Assembly (NCBI GenBank): GCA_964541945.1
Contig: CAZISE010000016.1
Location: forward strand, 20,484-84,483
From: an uncultured Verrucomicrobiota bacterium
Lineage (GTDB): Bacteria > Verrucomicrobiota > Verrucomicrobiia > Palsa-1439
Reading direction: 5' to 3'
Length of the DNA stretch: 64,000 bases
Shown here: in pieces, positions 29,021 through 37,110 of the stretch
Layout: each line of letters starts with the position of its first letter
Numbering within the stretch: the stretch's first letter is position 1
Notes under the pieces: generated by a model
The model's input: only the letters and a program-made list of their open reading frames with translations
Told to the model about the DNA's origin: nothing
Database searches by the model: none
Made by a program: the position numbers and the translations under genes

Positions 29021-29803
29021 TCAGCCATACCGGCCCTCGATGTAGTCGGCCGTGCGCGGGTCTTTCGGGGTCAGAAACAGATCGGTGGTCCGGGCGTGCT
29101 CGATCACCTCGCCGAGCAGCATGAAGAAACATTCATCACTCACCCGACGGGCCTGCGCCATGTTGTGGGTGACGATGACAATCGTGTAGTGCCCCGCCAA
29201 CTCGCGCATCAACTCCTCGATGCCGAGCGTGCCGGCGGTGTCCAGCGCGCTGCACGGCTCGTCCATCAGAATGATCTGCGGTTTGAGCGGCAACAAGCGC
29301 GCAATGCAGAGTTTTTGTTGCTGTTCCAGTTGCAGGCCGGTCGCCCGATGATGTAGCCGGTCTTTCAGGTCGTCCCACAACAGCACCTCGCGCAACGCCT
29401 TTTCCACGGCATCGTCCAACTCGGACTTCCGCAGGGCGCGTCGCTCGCTGTGAATGCGCAGGCCGAACACGACGTTCTCGTAGATTGAGATCGGCAATGG
29501 ATTGGGTCGTTGGAAAACCATGCCGACATGTTTGCGCAACTCGATCAGCGACACATCGGGAGCAAAAATGTTCTGACCGAGCACCGTGATCTCGCCGGTG
29601 GTGGTGACATAGCCAAAGCGCTCGTTGATACGGTTGAAACAGCGCAACAACGTCGTTTTGCCGCAGCCACTCGGCCCGATCAACGCGGTAATCTTACCGT
29701 GCGGAATGTTGACCGTGACGTTCTTCAGCGCCTGAAACTTCGCGTACCAGAGGTTCAGGTCGCGTGTCGTGATGCTGTAACCGTTGGCAGGCGTAAGGCT
29801 CAT
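29021..29803 (-). CDS. pstB: phosphate ABC transporter ATP-binding protein PstB (canonical motifs)
   Basis: Walker A GPSGCGKTT, Q-loop VGMVFQRPNP.P.SIYENV, Walker [13 protein letters not shown]-loop IVTHNM. Confidence 0.9.
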   Translation of the reverse strand: MSLTPANGYSITTRDLNLWYAKFQALKNVTVNIPHGKITALIGPSGCGKTTLLRCFNRINERFGYVTTTGEITVLGQNIFAPDVSLIELRKHVGMVFQRPNPLPISIYENVVFGLRIHSERRALRKSELDDAVEKALREVLLWDDLKDRLHHRATGLQLEQQQKLCIARLLPLKPQIILMDEPCSALDTAGTLGIEELMRELAGHYTIVIVTHNMAQARRVSDECFFMLLGEVIEHARTTDLFLTPKDPRTADYIEGRYG

Positions 29804-30570
29804 CCGAACACTCCGTGGGTGTAATCGTAGGTCCGCCGGTCGCGCGGGGTTTCGGAAAAGATTTTCTCCGTGGCGTCCAACTCAACCAGTTCGCCATTGA
29901 ACAGAAACGCCGTCCGGTCGGCCAAGCGACGGGCTTGCTGCACCAGGTTGGTCACCAGCAGGATCGTCATCCGGGCGCGGAGTTCTTTTAGCACGTCTTC
30001 AATCCGCATCGTGGTGACCGGGTCAATCGCGATGGAAAACTCGTCGAGACAGAGAATCTCCGGGTCATGTGAGAGCGCGCGGGCAATGGTGAGCCGTTGT
30101 TGTTGGCCGCCGGAGAGCTTCGTGCCGAGTGTGTGCAACCGGTCTTTCACTTCGTCCCAGAGCGCGGCCTGCCGCAGACAACGCTCGACACGCTGTTCGA
30201 GTTCGGCCCGGTCGGTGATGCCAGCCATGCGCGGGGCAAAAGCGACGTTGTCGAAAATCGTCAACGGCAACCCGACCGGCAACGGCGCGACCATGCCGAC
30301 GCGCCGGCGCAGGTCATAAACGTTGTTGCTCTGGCGGATGTCTTCGTTGTCCACCTTGATCACGCCAGTCACGCGAGCGTGCCGTTCGTGGTCAAGCGTG
30401 CGGTTGAGGCAACGCAACAGCGTGGTTTTGCCGGACTGGGCCGGGCCGATGATGGCCAGAATCTCGTTGCGTTGGACGGTGAACGACACCCCTCGCAAGG
30501 CAGCTTTCGCGCCATAGTGAACGGTCAGGTTTTCGATCTCGATGTGGGGAGCGGAAATCATTGTCACCAT
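29800..30570 (-). CDS. PstB-like ATP-binding protein with degenerate Q-loop and H-loop
   Basis: Walker A GPAQSGKTT and signature LSGGQQQR are present. The Q-loop position reads VGMVAPLP (no Gln), Walker B reads LCLDEFSIAID, and the H-loop reads LLVTNLVQQ (His to Asn). Start ATG 30570 overlaps the pstA stop; its own stop overlaps the next pstB start (29800-29803). Confidence 0.8.
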   Translation of the reverse strand: MVTMISAPHIEIENLTVHYGAKAALRGVSFTVQRNEILAIIGPAQSGKTTLLRCLNRTLDHERHARVTGVIKVDNEDIRQSNNVYDLRRRVGMVAPLPVGLPLTIFDNVAFAPRMAGITDRAELEQRVERCLRQAALWDEVKDRLHTLGTKLSGGQQQRLTIARALSHDPEILCLDEFSIAIDPVTTMRIEDVLKELRARMTILLVTNLVQQARRLADRTAFLFNGELVELDATEKIFSETPRDRRTYDYTHGVFG

Positions 30571-31469
30571 TTCTTCCGGGAACGGAGCCAGACACGAAGA
30601 ATGATGGCCAGCGCGTTGATGCACAGCACCGTGCCGAGCAGGACAACCGCCGTGGCGAACGGCAGTGCGTGCGGCACGTCCGGCACCTGCGTCGAAATGG
30701 TGAACAGGTGCATCGAAAGCGCCATGCACTGGTCGCGCAGGCCGTAGGCGAACGGGTTCCCCTCCTCGATGGCCTTGAAGAAAACCGCCCCGGTAAACAT
30801 GATCGGCGCGGTCTCGCCCGCCGCGCGCGACACCTGTAGGATCACGCCGGTCAGAATGCCGCTAATCGAGTTCGGCAACACGACATGCCGGATCGTCTGC
30901 CACCGGGTCGCGCCGACGTTCCAGCAGGCTTCGCGGAACGACTGCGGTACGGCAGCCAACGCTTCTTTCGTGCTGGCGATGATGACCGGCATCGTCATGA
31001 TCGCCAGTGTCAGCGACGCCGCGAGGATGGATTTGCCCAGCCCGAAGAAAATGACAAACGCACCCAACCCGAACAGCGCGTGCACGATGCTCGGCACGGC
31101 GGCGAGATTGATGACGGCGAGGTTAACAAGGCGCGTGAACCAGTTGTCCCTGGCGTACTCATTGAGATAGACCGCCGCCAGCACGCCGATGGGCGCGGCC
31201 ACCAGCAGCGAGAATCCAACCAGATAAAACGTGCCGAGCAATGCCGACCAGATGCCGCCCGCTCGCATCCCGCGTTTCGGGTTGGTGGTCAGAAACTCCC
31301 ACGACAACACCGGCCATGCCTGCACGACCAGATACACCACAATCAACACCAGCGGCACAACCAGCAACAACGCCATCGTGAAGAACACCGCGCGCGCCAG
31401 TTGTTCGTGACGCTGTTTCTTTCGCGTCAACGGTGTCGCGGCAAAGATGTGTGGGGCGGGCGCGTTCAT
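30564..31469 (-). CDS. pstA: phosphate ABC transporter permease PstA
   Basis: Start reset to ATG 31469 (MNAPAPH...), in ATGA overlap with the pstC stop. Six-helix permease with the EAA-like loop (TKEALAAVPQSFREACWNVGATRWQTI). Confidence 0.9.
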   Translation of the reverse strand: MNAPAPHIFAATPLTRKKQRHEQLARAVFFTMALLLVVPLVLIVVYLVVQAWPVLSWEFLTTNPKRGMRAGGIWSALLGTFYLVGFSLLVAAPIGVLAAVYLNEYARDNWFTRLVNLAVINLAAVPSIVHALFGLGAFVIFFGLGKSILAASLTLAIMTMPVIIASTKEALAAVPQSFREACWNVGATRWQTIRHVVLPNSISGILTGVILQVSRAAGETAPIMFTGAVFFKAIEEGNPFAYGLRDQCMALSMHLFTISTQVPDVPHALPFATAVVLLGTVLCINALAIILRVWLRSRKKW

Positions 31470-32359
31470 TTCTTCCGCACCCCCCGGATGATCAGGTCGG
31501 CGGTCAGGTTCACAGCGGTCGTGATGAGGAACAACAAAATGCCAATGACGAACAACACCCGGTAATGATCCGAATGCACCGGTGCTTCGCCGAGTTCGGC
31601 GGCAATGGTGGCGGTCAACGTGCGGACCGGGTCGAGCAGGCTGGTCGGGATGTTGATGGCGTGACCGGTGGCCATGAGCACGGCCATCGTTTCGCCAACC
31701 GCGCGCGCAACGCCGAGCAACCCCGCCGCAAGCAGGCCGTTTTTGGCAGCCGGCAACAGCACCCGGTAAATCAACTGCCACCGGGTCGCACCGAGCGCCA
31801 GCGCCGCTTCGCGGTAAGAATCCGGCACCGCTTTCAGCGCGTCTTCGCCAATGGAGACGATGATCGGGACGCTCATCAGAGCGAGGATGACACCGCCGTT
31901 GAGCACGTTCAGGCCAATGGGCGCGTCAAACAACCAGATAATCAGCGGATTGAGCACAGTCAACCCGATGAACCCCCATACCACTGACGGAATCGCCGCG
32001 AGTAGTTCGATGACGATCTTGAGTGTTTCCTTCAGTTTTGGCCCGCAAAACTCCGACACAAAAATGGCCGCGCCAATGCCGAACGGGACGGCGATGACCA
32101 TTGCCAGCGCGGTGACGCTGAAGGTGCCGGCCACCAGTGCCAGCGTGCCGTAACGGACATGGCTGGGCGAACTCGGATACCATTCGGGACTGAAGAAAAA
32201 CTCACCGAACTTGAAGTGCTTGAACAACACCGCGCCACCCTCGCGGAACACAAAGAAGAAAATGCTGAACACAAACAAAATCGCGCTGACGCCACAAAGA
32301 CGGATCACCGACTCGATGAGCCATTCCAGAATAATTTCTCGCTGGCCGCGTTTTGTCAT
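31466..32359 (-). CDS. pstC: phosphate ABC transporter permease PstC
   Basis: Start reset to ATG 32359, in ATGA overlap with the pstS stop. Contains GEDALKAVPDSYREAALALGATRWQ. Confidence 0.9.
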   Translation of the reverse strand: MTKRGQREIILEWLIESVIRLCGVSAILFVFSIFFFVFREGGAVLFKHFKFGEFFFSPEWYPSSPSHVRYGTLALVAGTFSVTALAMVIAVPFGIGAAIFVSEFCGPKLKETLKIVIELLAAIPSVVWGFIGLTVLNPLIIWLFDAPIGLNVLNGGVILALMSVPIIVSIGEDALKAVPDSYREAALALGATRWQLIYRVLLPAAKNGLLAAGLLGVARAVGETMAVLMATGHAINIPTSLLDPVRTLTATIAAELGEAPVHSDHYRVLFVIGILLFLITTAVNLTADLIIRGVRKK

Positions 32360-33291
32360 GCGTCCAATCGGGGTCGTCGTTCGGGCGGCACGGGCACGTA
32401 GCCGCATTGGGCCAGTCGTTGCTGGCCGGCATCGGAATAAATCCAGCGCAGATATTGCCGGACGTGGCCGGTTGGCTCGCCGAGCGTGTACATCAACAGC
32501 GGACGAGCAATCGGATACGAACCGTTGAGCGTGCTCTCGGCGCACGGCAGGACGGACGGCGCGCCCGGTTGCTTGGCGACACGCAACATTTTGACCCGCG
32601 GCGTGGCGTAGCCCATGCCACTGTAGCCAATCGCGCCCGGCGTTCGCTCGATGAGTTCCACGACTTCCTTCGAGCCGTGCAGGTCAAGCGAGCCGAGACG
32701 GAAATCGGCTTTCTTGCCGAGAATGGCTTCGCGGAAAAAATGATACGTGCCGGAATTGGACTGGCGGCTGACACGGATGATCTTGTCGCCCCCCTTGCCG
32801 GGCAGTTGAACACCGAGATCGGACCAGCGGGTGTAGCGGCCTTTTTCGGCATAGATTTCGGCGATCTGACCGATGGTGATTTCCTCCAGCGGATTGGCGC
32901 GGTTGACAAAAATCGCCAGCGCGTCGTAGCCGACCACAAACTCGACCGGTTCCTTGCCGGTGTTTTGCTTGGCGCGGGCGGCTTCTTCGGGCGTGACGTG
33001 CCGGCTGGAGTTGGCGATGTCCACCGTGCCGGCGATCAACGCGGCGATACCGGTGCCCGAACCGCCGCCGGACACTTCGACGGAGACGGTCGGTTCGACC
33101 TCGGCATATTCCTCCGCCCAGGCCTGGGCGACGTTGACAAGGGTGTCCGAGCCGGCATTCTGGATGACGGCTTTTTTGTGGCCGTTTGTCGTGGATTTGT
33201 TTCCGCCACAACCCGGCCCGGCCAGCAGCAGCCCCACCGCGAGCAGGCTCGCGGCCACAAGGGAAGGTGTTGCCGCGGGCCGCCGCATCAC
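32356..33291 (-). CDS. pstS: phosphate-binding protein PstS (lipoprotein-type signal)
   Basis: Signal with a Cys (LLLAGPGCGG), GSDTL.NVAQAWAE.Y, VSGGGSGTGIAAL..G..DIANSSR. Confidence 0.85.
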   Translation of the reverse strand: MMRRPAATPSLVAASLLAVGLLLAGPGCGGNKSTTNGHKKAVIQNAGSDTLVNVAQAWAEEYAEVEPTVSVEVSGGGSGTGIAALIAGTVDIANSSRHVTPEEAARAKQNTGKEPVEFVVGYDALAIFVNRANPLEEITIGQIAEIYAEKGRYTRWSDLGVQLPGKGGDKIIRVSRQSNSGTYHFFREAILGKKADFRLGSLDLHGSKEVVELIERTPGAIGYSGMGYATPRVKMLRVAKQPGAPSVLPCAESTLNGSYPIARPLLMYTLGEPTGHVRQYLRWIYSDAGQQRLAQCGYVPVPPERRPRLDA

Positions 33292-34406
33292 TGCACCTCG
33301 TCGCGCTCTCCCAGGATGGCCTGGGTCAGGTGGCGAATGTGGGTTTGAAGAAAGTCAAACGCCGTTTCGTAGGCAGCGCGCACGGTTTCGGCGTCGCCGG
33401 TGACCTTCGCCGGGTCCACCACGTGCCATTCGAGGCCGACGGTTTTGGTAGGGGCGGAAGGGAAAAGTTTGCGCGCTTCGCGGCAGAGGCCAATGACCAC
33501 CTGTGCCTGATCCAGGTCGCCGATTTCGTCCACCGACCGCGGCGTGTGTCCGGAGACATCCATCCCTTTGGAACGCATGAATTCAATCATTTGCGGGTTG
33601 AGCTGGCCGGCCACCAATCCGGCGCTGGTAAAGCGGAAGCGTTCCTGACCCAGGGAGCGGGCAATCGCCTCGGCCATGACGCTGAGGCAGGTGTTGCTTT
33701 CACCAATGAAAACGACGTGAAACGACTCCATGGGCCGATGTTTCTGATATTCGCCGGTGGCGTAGTACAGCGCTTCTTCGCAGATGTTGTAGGCCTGGTC
33801 GGCAGCGCGCTCAAAACGACGGGCCACCGCCAGCAGTGGCGCCAGCTCGGTCAATGTGGGGGAGACAGGCCCCAACAGGCGGGTCAACTCCTGATTGATC
33901 TGGTTTCGCAGGGCATCGGCCTGATCCTCGCCGACCATGGTGGCGCGGGCCAGGTCGGCGTCTTTTTCCAGAAAGGCGCGGACGGCATTGCGCACCATGG
34001 GGATGACCAGATTGGCCATTTGTTCGAATTTGTCGCGGGGAATCCCCTGGGGCAGGGTATTGAGTTGCAAAGCCTGACGCGCCACGCTTTCGGCGTAATC
34101 GCCGATGCGTTCGAGTTCCTTGATGATTTTGCTGGTCGAATAGACGAATCGTAAGATGCCGGCGGCGGGCTGGTAGCGGACCAGAAATTCCAGGCAGAGA
34201 CGGTCGAGTTCGGTTTCCAACTCGTCCACGCGACGGTCGCGCAGGATGACGGTGTAAGCCAGTTGCCGGTCGAGGGAGAGGACGGCCTGCAACGAGCTGC
34301 GCAGAGCCTGCTCGTCGAGTTCTTCCATGGCCTGCAATTTGGCGCGGATGGCGGCCAGGTCGTGTTCAAGGCTGGCTTCCAAATGAAGTGGCTGTGGGGT
34401 ATTCAC
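33288..34406 (-). CDS. PhoU domain fused to an LMW-phosphatase/ArsC-like domain with a degenerate P-loop
   Basis: The N-terminal ~215 aa have two PhoU repeats (..KELERIGDYAESVA.. and ..RRFERAADQAYNICE..). The C-terminal ~150 aa align to LMWP/ArsC (VVFIGESNTCLSVMAEA, SAG, WHVVDP). The nucleophile Cys and the Arg of CX5R are replaced (G...L). GTG 34406 has AAGGA upstream. Its stop overlaps the pstS start (ATGA 33288-33291). Confidence 0.8.
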   Translation of the reverse strand: MNTPQPLHLEASLEHDLAAIRAKLQAMEELDEQALRSSLQAVLSLDRQLAYTVILRDRRVDELETELDRLCLEFLVRYQPAAGILRFVYSTSKIIKELERIGDYAESVARQALQLNTLPQGIPRDKFEQMANLVIPMVRNAVRAFLEKDADLARATMVGEDQADALRNQINQELTRLLGPVSPTLTELAPLLAVARRFERAADQAYNICEEALYYATGEYQKHRPMESFHVVFIGESNTCLSVMAEAIARSLGQERFRFTSAGLVAGQLNPQMIEFMRSKGMDVSGHTPRSVDEIGDLDQAQVVIGLCREARKLFPSAPTKTVGLEWHVVDPAKVTGDAETVRAAYETAFDFLQTHIRHLTQAILGERDEVQ

Positions 34407-34484
34407 GGCGAATATCCTTAGGGGAAGTCAGGTGGAGGCGACAAGCAGATTTCAAAGAAATGTGACCGGAACGGGATGCGGTGA

Positions 34485-35165
34485 TCACGGAAGATCGGCG
34501 AAACGATAGCCGACACCGCGAACGGTCTCGATCAGTTCGCCGGCTTTGCCGAGTTTCTCGCGCAGCCGGCGAACGTGTGTGTCCACGGTGCGCGTGTCAA
34601 TGTCGCCTTCGTATCCCCACACGTCGGACAACAGGGTGTCGCGGGTTTGGACCCGTCCGCGGCGTTGCATCAAGGTGGAAAGGAGCTTGAATTCCGTGGC
34701 TGTCAGCTCGACCGGCTTGTTTTTGATGCTGGTCTGATGTTTGCCAATGTCCACCAGCAGATCACCGCACTTGAGGATTTCCGCCACCGCCGGGCTGGCG
34801 CGTCCGAGGAGTTTTTTCACACGCAACACCAGTTCGCGCGGGCTGAATGGTTTGGTCACATAATCGTCGGCGCCAAGTTCGAGGCCCAACACGCGGTCCA
34901 CTTCCTCGGCTTTGGCTGTCAACATCACAATCGGAATGTGCGCGGTCCTGGGATCGGCCTTGAGACGTTTGCAAACCTCGGTCCCATCCATTTCCGGCAA
35001 CATCAAATCAAGCACCAGCGCCGCCGGCAACAGATCGCGGGCTTTCGCCAGCCCGCTCAGGCCGTCGCGCGCCGTGGCGGTGTGATACCCGGCCTTGCGC
35101 AGGTGAAACACGACCAGGTCCAGCACATCGGATTCGTCTTCGACGATGAGAATGGTCTCTGACAT
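34485..35165 (-). CDS. phoB: phosphate regulon response regulator (OmpR/PhoB family)
   Basis: ILIVEDE, LDLMLPEMDG, ADDYVTKPF, and a winged-helix tail (VWGY...DTRTVDTHVRRLREKLG). Start reset to ATG 35165. Confidence 0.9.
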   Translation of the reverse strand: MSETILIVEDESDVLDLVVFHLRKAGYHTATARDGLSGLAKARDLLPAALVLDLMLPEMDGTEVCKRLKADPRTAHIPIVMLTAKAEEVDRVLGLELGADDYVTKPFSPRELVLRVKKLLGRASPAVAEILKCGDLLVDIGKHQTSIKNKPVELTATEFKLLSTLMQRRGRVQTRDTLLSDVWGYEGDIDTRTVDTHVRRLREKLGKAGELIETVRGVGYRFADLP

Positions 35166-35175
35166 GGCTTGTATT

Positions 35176-35838
35176 TTACTCGGTTCGGTGGCGGATGTCT
35201 CGCGCTTCGTAAAGATAAACCACTTCTTCGGCAATGTTGGTGGCGTGGTCGGCGATGCGTTCGAGGTTGTGCGAGACGCTCATCAGGCTCAGGGCGCGAG
35301 TGATGGTTTGCGGGGCTTCGATCATGAAACTGGTCAGCTCGCGATGGAGTTGACGATTGAGCGCGTCCACTTCTTCGTCGCGGCGAATGACCTCGCGGGC
35401 CAGGTCGGATTTGCCGTACACGAAGGCATCCAGCGCGTCGTTGACCATGCCGCGGGCCAGGTCGGCCATGCGCGGGATGTCAATCAACGGTTTCAGTTGC
35501 GGTTCGGCGTTCAATTCCCTGGCGCGATGGGCGATGTTGACGGCCTGATCGCCGATGCGCTCCAACTCGGCGGCGATTTTCATGGACATCAGGATGAATC
35601 GAAGGTCTTTCGCGGCGGGCTGGCGCAGGGCAAGCAGTTTGACCACCCGGTCGTCAATCTCCATTTCCAAATGATCAATCGGCTCGTCGGCGGCATCCGC
35701 TTTGTCCGCCAGCGCGTTGTCCCGTTGGACCAACGCCTTCAATGCCTCCGCCACGCTCTGTTCGGCCAGGGCCGACATGCGCAACAACGCCTGCTTCAGT
35801 TCTTCCAGTTCCAGGTCAAAATGTCGTTCCATGATCAA
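35176..35838 (-). CDS. phoU: phosphate signalling complex protein PhoU
   Basis: 220 aa with two PhoU repeats ([15 protein letters not shown]; [16 protein letters not shown]). The start overlaps the pstB stop (ATGA 35835-35838). Confidence 0.9.
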   Translation of the reverse strand: MIMERHFDLELEELKQALLRMSALAEQSVAEALKALVQRDNALADKADAADEPIDHLEMEIDDRVVKLLALRQPAAKDLRFILMSMKIAAELERIGDQAVNIAHRARELNAEPQLKPLIDIPRMADLARGMVNDALDAFVYGKSDLAREVIRRDEEVDALNRQLHRELTSFMIEAPQTITRALSLMSVSHNLERIADHATNIAEEVVYLYEARDIRHRTE

Positions 35839-36704
35839 CCAAACCTTCCGGTCACATAGTCTTCTGTCTGTTTGTTGCCGGGATTGGTAAAGATTTTTTC
35901 TGTCGTATCGTACTCGATGAGCCGTCCGAGATAGAAGAATGCCGTGTAATCGCTGACGCGAGCGGCCTGTTGCATGTTGTGCGTCACGATAATCACGCTG
36001 TACAGCCCTTTCAACTGGTAGATTAACTCTTCGACCTTACCGGTGGCAATGGGATCGAGCGCGCTGCACGGCTCGTCCATCAACAAGACCTCCGGTTCCG
36101 CCGCAATGGCTCGGGCAATGCAAAGCCGTTGCTGCTGGCCGCCGGACATTTGCAACGCCGACTCATGCAGACGGTCTTTTACCTCGTCCCAGAGCGCGGC
36201 GCGCTGGAGGCTGCGTTCCACCACCTCATCGAGCACGCTTTTGCGGCGTTCGCCGTCAATGCGCAACGGGTAAATCACGTTCTCGTAAATGCTCATCGGG
36301 AAGGGATTGGTTTTCTGAAAGACCATCCCTGTGCGTTTCCGCAACTCGATTACATCCACGTCGCGCCCGAAGATGGATTGCCCGTTGAGCCGCATGTCGC
36401 CCGAATAACGCACGCCTTCGATCAGGTCATTGAGACGGTTAATGCTGCGGATCAGAGTGGATTTGCCGCAGCCGCTCGGCCCGATCAACGCGGTGACCTT
36501 GCCGCGCGGAAACTTCAGGTTCAGGTCAAACAATGCCTGTTTCGCCCCATACCAGAGGTTGAACTGCTCCACCTCCAATACGATTTCCTCGTTGGCCAGC
36601 GACAACGCCGCGCTTGCCTTGCCGGCCACGGCGGGGGCAACCGTCCGCGGCGCGGCATGTGTCGGCGTTTCAACTGGCCGTTGTGTTTCCATGAGAGCCA
36701 TCAT
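35835..36704 (-). CDS. pstB: phosphate ABC transporter ATP-binding protein PstB (canonical; likely serves the long-form Pst system)
   Basis: [68 protein letters not shown] 36704 chosen (GGAG 7 nt upstream). Confidence 0.9.
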   Translation of the reverse strand: MMALMETQRPVETPTHAAPRTVAPAVAGKASAALSLANEEIVLEVEQFNLWYGAKQALFDLNLKFPRGKVTALIGPSGCGKSTLIRSINRLNDLIEGVRYSGDMRLNGQSIFGRDVDVIELRKRTGMVFQKTNPFPMSIYENVIYPLRIDGERRKSVLDEVVERSLQRAALWDEVKDRLHESALQMSGGQQQRLCIARAIAAEPEVLLMDEPCSALDPIATGKVEELIYQLKGLYSVIIVTHNMQQAARVSDYTAFFYLGRLIEYDTTEKIFTNPGNKQTEDYVTGRFG

Positions 36705-36758
36705 GTGATTCTCCAACAGGCACACTCGTCTCCTGCGCCATCACCATGCCGGTGCCAT

Positions 36759-36786
36759 GTGACAAACAGGTGACAACCATGTGACA
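36759..36786 (-). promoter_or_regulatory. Pho box: three perfect TGTCAC hexamers at 11-bp phasing, upstream of pstB-phoU-phoB
   Basis: The plus strand reads GTGACA at 36759, 36770 and 36781. In the sense of the minus-strand genes this is TGTCACatggtTGTCACctgttTGTCAC, ending 54 nt before ATG 36704. It matches the enterobacterial PhoB site core (C)TGTCA(T/C), which repeats every 11 bp. Confidence 0.7.
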
Positions 36787-37110
36787 TCGGCGCAAAACGA
36801 CCGACGGAATCGCGTCGCCCGGCCACACGCCCGGCCGGGAAAAAACCATTGTCCACCGCGATGTTGATGGTGGCGGATGTTTTCGTCGCTCGCCTGCCGT
36901 CGTCAACCGCCTGTTGTCCGGCGTCGGCAAAACTGCTTTCGTTGTTTCGTCAGTGGCAAAACGATTGCCCAATACCACTCGTTCTCGATGCCCGTCGTGA
37001 ACGGGTTGACAGCAGATCGTTGTGTCGTTGGGATGAAGACGACCGCAATGGCGCCTGACGTTTTCATGTCATTTCGTCTGTTTCCCGGTTCTATTGCGCT
37101 TCGTGGCGGC

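Noticed and set aside
34407-34484. Possible Pho box between phoB and the PhoU-LMWP fusion gene (GTGACC at 34462-34467).
   Set aside because: There is only one good hexamer. The positions 11 and 22 nt away do not match (GTGATC lies 19 nt away, out of phase). Read-through from phoB is the simpler explanation.
36818-36845. Hairpin CCCGGCC...GGCCGGG followed by A6 in the pstA-pstB gap, considered as the terminator of the long pst operon.
   Set aside because: For the minus-strand transcript the T-run precedes the stem instead of following it. On the plus strand the stem is followed by A's. Neither orientation fits an intrinsic terminator.
36670-36978. 102-aa ORF on the minus strand, and the 69-aa ORF at 36849-37058 (+), inside the pstA-pstB gap.
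   Set aside because: Neither has an RBS, a motif or coding-like composition. The first runs straight through the TGTCAC triple repeat and into pstB. The region is treated as regulatory or non-coding.
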